DNA of 63,742 nt, counting the filler, from Conidiobolus incongruus B7586 (Eukaryota), in assembly GCA_000697335.1 (NCBI GenBank). It is 10 parts of 10 records of this genome, joined end to end, with 100 filler letters (N's around TTAATTAATTAA, not from the genome) between each part and the next. Parts side by side here need not be neighbours in the genome. Positions count along the whole stretch, not along the records: positions 56,418 to 57,972 come from JNEM01006939.1; positions 58,073 to 59,086 come from JNEM01006941.1; positions 59,187 to 60,684 come from JNEM01006944.1; positions 60,785 to 62,452 come from JNEM01006945.1; positions 62,553 to 63,742 come from JNEM01006951.1; 5 more parts are not named here. One strand, 5' to 3'. A program made the translations under genes and the position numbers. Positions 56,418 through 63,742 of the stretch are shown in pieces. The notes under the pieces are model-generated. The model made no database searches. It saw only the letters and a program-made list of their open reading frames with translations, and was not told the DNA's origin. Position 1 is the first letter of the stretch. The number at the start of each line of letters is the position of its first letter.

Positions 56418-57871
56418 TTATTTAATAATAAATAAATATATTTAGATATATTTAGTAAATTATTAGCAAAAATACTAACCTTTAATATTTAACCAAGGTG
56501 AGTCATAAATTTATAGGTTTTTAAGATAAAAGGATATATTTAACAATATAAAATCATATCTTTTTTCTTTCTTTGCTATTATTTTATATAATATTTTATA
56601 GATATATTAAATTCTTTTTATTAGTATTATTATGCTTAAATCCCTTATTAAAAAATCTATTTATATATTAATCAACTTTATAAAGAAAGTAAATCAACTT
56701 GAGATATTATTAGAATTACTAGTGTTAACTAGTTTACTATAGTTAAAGTTGTTAAGAATAACAATAAAGAAACATTTAAACTTAAACATATTAAAATTAT
56801 AGACAAATATAAATAAGAAGTATATTTATAGGTTAGTTAGTATAAATAAGTGTAATATTACTGTAAAAATACAATAAGAACTATAAAACTATACAAGAAT
56901 ATTAGTTCACATTGATAATATTATATATACTTCATATTAACATAGATACAACTTATATTTTAAGAAAAAACACCCCTAACTAAAAAAATCCTATTATAAA
57001 GTTAAGTAGGAGTATAAATGTTATTATTAATATTAAACTAAAACTAATTAGAGTAAGGTTATTTAGTTTAATAAAATAAAAATATATTTTAGTAAATTTA
57101 ATAGAAAAGCTAGATATTTTAGAAAAGATATAAAACTACTTTATAACCATTATATTAATTTTACCTAAAAGTACAATAATAGGTTAATTATTGTTTAGGG
57201 ATATATATTGTTTTTAGGTATAAGGTATCTTTATAAAGTTAATGGGGGAATTAATACTAAGATGTATTAAAATATTCTAAATAATAAATTGAAAAAAATC
57301 ATTAAATAATATAGGCTAAACAAATCTGATGTTATTTTCTAGTAAGATAATACCTTTTGTTATACTATAGCTTTTATTACTAAATAACTTAAAAATAACA
57401 AGATAATAATTATAAAATAGTTTCTTCAATCTTTTAACTTTAATCTAATTAAACACCTTTAGGATTAGTTAAAAAAAGCTATTAAAGCTTTTCCCTTAGC
57501 AAAAAATTTAGATTAACTGTAAAAATATGTTTAAGAAATATAGAACAAAATTAACCTTTTTTAGTATAAGAAGTTAATTAATTCTATACCTTACAAATTT
57601 AAAGAAATTAAAAAAGCTATAGATAAATATATTAAGTTTTAATTTTTTTTATCACCAAAAACCTACAAATTTATAACTCACTTTAGGTAAAATTTAAAGA
57701 TTTATATTTTAACCAAATAATAGCTAAATATCATTATTTAATGATATATATAATTAATAAATATAATAGATTTTAATTATTTAATTTAAGTTTATTATAT
57801 CAAATATTAATCAAGTTATTAGTAAAAATATAAATGTTTTTGATATTATGACTCATTTTTATAGGTTAGTG
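56418..57871 (+). mobile_element. Tc1 IR/DR transposon, 5' end cut by gap; transposase retains ATG (ATGCTTAAATCC near 56632) but has many stops
   Basis: Inner repeat CCAAGGTGAGTCATAAATTT near 56493, its complement near 57665-57685, and outer terminus ATGACTCATTTTTATAGGTTAGTG+TA at 57871. Confidence 0.92.
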
Positions 57872-58072
57872 TATTATAATTATATATTCAAGTTATTTAT
57901 AGCTATAAATATATTTAAATTTTATATATTATTATCAACTTTGTGGAATTAAATCTTTATAATTTGAATTTANNNNNNNNNNNNNNNNNNNNNNNNNNNN
58001 NNNNNNNNNNNNNNNNTTAATTAATTAANNNNNNNNNNNNNNNNNNNNNNNNNNNNNNNNNNNNNNNNNNNN

Positions 58073-59086
58073 AAGAGGCTACTTCATAACTATTATCTTG
58101 TTATTTTTAAGCTATTTGGTAGTAGAAGCTGTAGTATAGTAAGAGGCATTATCTTGCTGGAAAATAACATCAGATTTGTTTAACCCATACTATTCAATGG
58201 TTTTTTTCAATTTATTGTTCAGAATACTTTAGTACATCTTAGTATTAATTCCCCTATTAACTTTACAAAGATACCCTACACCTAAAGATAACATACATCC
58301 CCAAACAATAATTGACCCACCACTATACTTTTGGGTAAAATTAACATAATGGTCACAAAGTAGTTCTACATCTTTTCTAAAGCATCTAGCTTTTTTATTA
58401 GATCTACTAAGGTATATTTTTGTTTTATCAGACCAAATAACCTTACTCTAATTAGTTTTGGTTCAACATCAGTGATGACATTTAAACTTTTGCCTAGCTT
58501 TACAGTGGGATTTCTTTAGTTAAGGGTGTTTTTTCTTGAAGTGTGAGTGGTATCCATGCTAACATAAAGCATATATAATAGTATCAGTGTTAACCAATAT
58601 TCTTGTATAGTCTTATAGTTCCTATTGTATTTCTACAGCAATACTACACTTGCTTGTATTAACCAACCTACAAATATACTTCTCATCATGTTCATCTATG
58701 ATCCTAGCACACTTAAGTTTAGGTTTAAATGTTTCTTTATTGCTATTCTTAACAACCTTAGCTATAGTAGACTAGCTAACACTAGTAATTCTAGCAATAT
58801 CATGAGTTGATTTACCTTTTTTATAAAGTTGATTGATACACAAGTAGATTTTTTTAGAGAGGGATTTAAACATAATGATACTAATAAAAAAAATTTAGTA
58901 TATCTGTAAAATATTATATAAAATAATAGCAAAGAGAGAAAAAAGATATGGTTATATATTGTTAAATATATACCCTTATCTCAAAAACCCACAAATTTAT
59001 AACTCACTTTGGTTAAATATTAAAGGTTAATATTTTTGCTAATAGTTTACTAAATATATTTAAATATATTTATCTATTATTAAATA
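58073..59086 (-). mobile_element. Tc1 transposon, partial, lightly mutated
   Basis: Minus strand reads VIWSDKTK, GGSIIVWGCM and VIFQQDNASY. Inner repeat near 58985-59012. Confidence 0.92.
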
Positions 59087-59244
59087 NNNNNNNNNNNNNN
59101 NNNNNNNNNNNNNNNNNNNNNNNNNNNNNNTTAATTAATTAANNNNNNNNNNNNNNNNNNNNNNNNNNNNNNNNNNNNNNNNNNNNAATTAAAAATCTAA
59201 AGAGATTATTTTATAAATATTATATTATTATTCTTAAGTTATTA

Positions 59245-60501
59245 TTAGTATATAAATTAAATAATGGCATAATTTTAAAATTAAAATTAAACAAATAAAT
59301 TAATAAATAATATATAAAAATTAATGAATAATATAAAATTAATAGCCTCCTTTATTATTAATAATTTTTTTCTATATCTTTAGTAAACTTCTAATACCTA
59401 AAAAATAGTTCTTTTTATTAAAAACTGAAATTTAATGTTTTACAAACCAATTTAATTTGTTTGCAGGAATTTTTTTTCCTGAAAGCTGTTTTTTTAATTG
59501 TTTAAAACAATTATAATCACATAGGTTATAATCAGGTGAATATACTAGATATGGTAATTCCCTCTAATTTTTTTATATAAAAAATCTTTTATAACTTTAG
59601 TTTTATATATTTTACAATTATTATGCAAAATAATAGGTGTCTTCAATTTATATTAAGAACACCATTTAGAAATTGTTTGATTTAAAAAAAATAATATATA
59701 ACTTATTATTAATTGATTTTCCTTAAGGTATTAAATAAAAAAACTATATACCATTATAATCTATTATAATAGTTAATATTTGCTTATATTTAAAGTACTT
59801 ATTCATTAGAATTTATAAAAGGGATTAATTTTACTTAACCTAACATCTTGTTTTATTTTTAAGTAAAAGATTATATAAAGGAATCTAAGATTTATCAATT
59901 ATAAGTATTTGCTGTAAAAACCTTTGTTTTTAGTTATATCTTAATAAGATTAGTTTAGCTATAACTATTTTAATTTTCTTTTAAGCTTTTATTAAATTAT
60001 AAAGTATCTATTTTGCTTTTTTATTAATTAATCTAAGTTTAAACTTAAATAAATATAACATGCTTGTATATTTAACATTAAATCTTTTTGATAGTTCTTT
60101 AACAGAAATAAAAAGATATTTCTTAATATATTTTTTTACTTTATTAATAAGTGAAAAAGTAACAGTAAAAATTAATCTTTTAGATTTTTGTAAATTTTAA
60201 ATAATATCCCTTTTAGCTTTAAAGTTATAAATCTAGTGATATATAGTAGTTTTAAATAAAGCACCATCTTTATAAACTATTTATAAGTTTTAGATGATTT
60301 TAAAAGATTTATGATTAATTTTTAAAGATACAAAAATAAAAGCCTTTTGATAATCACAATCTAATTTAAGCATGATTAAATTTAAGTGTAAATTTTAAAA
60401 TCAAAATATTTTAATAAAAAAAATAACAAAAATTACATATATATAATATGTTTGAAAAATTAGAAATTAAAAAATTTACCATTTTTTAATTTCTATACTA
60501 A
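59245..60501 (-). mobile_element. mariner transposon, full length (~1.26 kb), decayed
   Basis: Matching TIRs TTAGTATA(T/G)AAATTAAA(T/A)AATGG at both ends with flanking TA. Minus strand retains ELPYLVYSPDYNLCDYNCF. Confidence 0.88.
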
Positions 60502-60784
60502 TAAATAATAAAAACAAAAATAAAGTAATCAATATTATCTTTTTAAAAAATAATATCAAATTTGTTTAATTTATATTTTTTAATAGTTTTTCTTAACTGA
60601 CTATTTAAAATATTTTAATATATCTTAATATTATTCCTTTAATTAACCTTATAATAATATTTTATATTTAAAAATAATATTTATNNNNNNNNNNNNNNNN
60701 NNNNNNNNNNNNNNNNNNNNNNNNNNNNTTAATTAATTAANNNNNNNNNNNNNNNNNNNNNNNNNNNNNNNNNNNNNNNNNNNN

Positions 60785-61002
60785 AATTATTAATATTAAT
60801 TAATATACTATAATTAAAGCTATTTAGGAAAATATTAAAAAAAACACTTAAATTAAAAGTTAAGTATATTAAAATTATTGATAAATATAATAAAAAATAT
60901 ATTTATTAATTAATTAATATAAATTAATATAATATTATTATAAAAATATAACAAAAATTATAAGACTATATAAAAATATTAATTAATATTAATATTATTA
61001 TA
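60785..61002 (+). mobile_element. Highly decayed Tc1 fragment that hosts the 61003 insertion
   Basis: Aligns to the N-terminal part of the transposase (compare 2050-2262) and ends at the TA of the DTII codon. Confidence 0.75.
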
Positions 61003-62452
61003 CACTAACCTGCAAAAATGAGTCATAAAATCAAAAACACCTATATTTTTACTAATAACTTGATTAATATTTAATGAAATAAACCTAAATTAAATAATTA
61101 AAATCTATTATATTTATTAGTTATATATATCATTAAATGATGATATTTAGCTATTAATTGGTTAAAATATAAACCTTTAAATTTTACCTAAGGTGAGTCA
61201 TAAATTTGTGGGTTTTTGGTGATAAAAAAAAATTAAAACCTAGTGTATCTATCTTTAGCTTTTCTAACTTTTTTAAGTTTGTGGGGTATAGAATCAACTA
61301 ACTTCTTACATTAAGAAGGGTTAATCTTGTTCTATACTTCTCAAACATATTCCTAAAGTTGATTTAAATTTTTTGCTGGGGGGAAAGCTTTAATAGCTTT
61401 TTTTAACTGATCCCAAAGGTATTCAATTAGATTAAAGTTAAGAGATTGAGGAGGCTACTTCATAACTATTATCTTGTTATTTTTAAGCTATTTGGTAGTA
61501 GAAGCTATAGTATAGCAAGAGGCATTATTTTACTAGAAAATAATATCAGATTTGTTTAACCTATACTATTCAATAGTTTTTTTCAATTCATTGTTTAGAA
61601 TACTTTGGTACATCTCAGTATTAATTCCCCTATTAACTTTATAAAGATACCTTACTCCTAAAGACAATATACATCCCCAAACAATAATTGACCCATCACT
61701 ATACTTTTAGGTAAAATTAACATGATGGTCACAAAGTAATTCTGTATCTTTTCTGAAGCATCTAGCTTTTCCATCAGATCCACTAAAGTATATTTTTGTT
61801 TCATCAAACTAAATAACCTTACTCTAATTAGTTTTGGTTCAATATTGGTGGTGACATTTAAACTCCCACCTAGCTTTGTAGTGGGATTTCTTTAGTTGGG
61901 GGTGTTTTTTCTTAAAGTGTAAGTGGTATCCATGCTAATATAAAACACATATAATAGTATTAGTGTTAACTAATATTCTTATATAGTCTCATAGTTCCTG
62001 CTGTATTTTTACAGCAGTACTATACTTGCTTGTATTAACCAACCTATAGATATACTTCTCATTATGTTCATTTATAATCCTAGCACACTTAAGTTTAGGT
62101 TTAAATGTTTCTTTATTGCTATTCTTAATAGCTTTAACTACAGTAGACTAGCTAACACTAGTAATTCTAGCAATATCACAAGTTGATTTACCTTCTTTAT
62201 AAAGTTAATTAATGCACAAGTAGATTTTTTTAGAGAGGGATTTAGGTATAATGATACTAATAAAAAGAATTTAGTATATCTGTAAAATATTATATAAAAT
62301 AATAGCAAAGAAAGAAAAAAGATATGGTTATATATTATTAAATATATCCCCTTATCTCAAAAACCTGCAAATTTATGACTCACCTTGGTTAAATATTAAG
62401 GGTTAATATTTTTGCTAATAGTTTACTAAATATATCTAAATATATTTATCTA
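61003..62452 (-). mobile_element. Tc1 IR/DR transposon, best-preserved near-complete copy; pseudogenised 338-codon DD34E transposase at 62249-61233
   Basis: Outer terminus TA+CACTAACCTGCAAAAATGAGTCATAAAATC. Inner repeats at ~61188-61216 and ~62360-62389. Consensus translation gives W.KVIWSDETK, GGSIIVWGC, FQQDNA..H and WPPQS.DFNPIE with 34 residues between D and E. Confidence 0.95.
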
Positions 62453-62552
62453 NNNNNNNNNNNNNNNNNNNNNNNNNNNNNNNNNNNNNNNNNNNNTTAA
62501 TTAATTAANNNNNNNNNNNNNNNNNNNNNNNNNNNNNNNNNNNNNNNNNNNN

Positions 62553-63742
62553 GTAAGTTATATATTTACAGATTTTTAAGATAAAGGGATATATTTAACA
62601 ATATATAACCATATTTTTTTCTCTCTTTGTTATTATTTTATATAATATTTTAAAAATATATTAAATTTTTTTATTAATATCATTATAATTAAATCCCTCT
62701 CTAAAAAAATTCATATATATATTAATTAACTTTATAAAAAAAATAAATCAACTTATAATATTATTAGAATTATTAGTGTTAATTAGTCTATTATAGTTAA
62801 AGCTATTAAAAATAACAATAAAAACATATTTAGACTTAAATTTAAGTGTGTTAAGATAATAAATGAATATAATGAGAGGTATATTTATAAGTTAGTTAAT
62901 ATAAGCAAATATAGTATTATTGTAAAAATATAACAAGAACTATAAAACTATATAAAAATATTAGCTAATATTAATACTATTATATTATATGTTTATATTA
63001 ACATAGATATTATTTATATTTTAAGAAAAAACACCTTTAATTAAAGAAATCCTATTATGAAATTAGGTAAAAATTTAAATATCATTATTAATATTCAACT
63101 AAAATTAATTAAAATAAGGTCACTTAGTTTAATAAAATAAAAATATATTTTAGTGGATTTGGTAAAAAAGCTAAATACTTTACAAAAGATTTAAAACTAT
63201 TTTATATGTATTATGTTAATTTTACCCAAAAATATAGTGATAGATTAATTATTATTTAAAAATATCGATTGTTTTTAAGTATAGGGTATTTTTATAAATT
63301 TCATTAGGGAATTAATATTGAGATATATTAAAGAATTTGAAATAATAAATTAAAAAAACTATTAAATATTATAAATTAAACAAATCTAATGTTATTTTCT
63401 AATAAAATAATTCCCCTTGTTATATTATAATTTTTACCACCTAATAACTTAAAAATATCAGGATAATAGTTATAAAATAGCTTTTTTGATCTTGAAAGTT
63501 TTAACCTAATTAAATACTTTTAAGATTAATTAAAAAAAGTTATTAAATTTTCCTTTTAGTAAAAGATTTAGATTAACTTTAAGAATATATTTAAGAAACA
63601 TAAATTAAGATTAACTTTTCTTAATATAAAAAGTTAATTGATTATATACTTTACAAACTTAAAAAAGTTAAAAAAGTTAAAAATAGATATATTAAATATT
63701 AATTTTTTTTATTATTTAAAACCTACAAATTTATCACTTATC
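62553..63742 (+). mobile_element. Tc1 transposon, heavily decayed copy, truncated by gap and window end
   Basis: Colinear with 56500-57680; ends in the inner repeat aaaacctacaaatttat. Confidence 0.88.

Noticed and set aside
58625..58810. 61-aa ORF
   Set aside because: Antisense to the dead Tc1 transposase.

Overview
Very AT-rich eukaryotic (fungal) scaffold segment with short GT-AG introns (mostly ~45-75 nt) and nine 100-nt assembly gaps (N44-TTAATTAATTAA-N44). Composition, intron style and the intronless secreted GMC oxidoreductases suggest an early-diverging, Conidiobolus-like (Entomophthoromycotina) fungus. This taxonomy is inference only. Intact genes: Atg22-like MFS transporter, C2H2 zinc-finger TF, SEC12, AP-1 sigma subunit, membrane J-domain protein, SRPK/Sky1 kinase, a divergent pair of GMC oxidoreductases and a GLTP/HET-C2 protein. 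Disrupted genes: ALG6 (4 in-frame stops and a frameshift), a frameshifted Kre9/Knh1-like secreted protein and a frameshifted orphan Cys-rich ORF. Both window ends and several internal islands are transposon graveyards: 8 copies or fragments of a DD34E Tc1 element with long IR/DR-type ends, 6 mariner copies and two LTRs. The Tc1 and mariner copies are riddled with C->T/G->A transitions at CpG and CpA. Most notable: (1) RIP-like, repeat-restricted hypermutation in an apparently non-Dikarya fungus; (2) two apparently independent Tc1 insertions into the identical TA of the Tc1 transposase gene; (3) Sleeping Beauty-like IR/DR ends whose core is a Gcn4/AP-1 site; (4) an ALG6 pseudogene with a direct-repeat-bounded orphan ORF immediately upstream.
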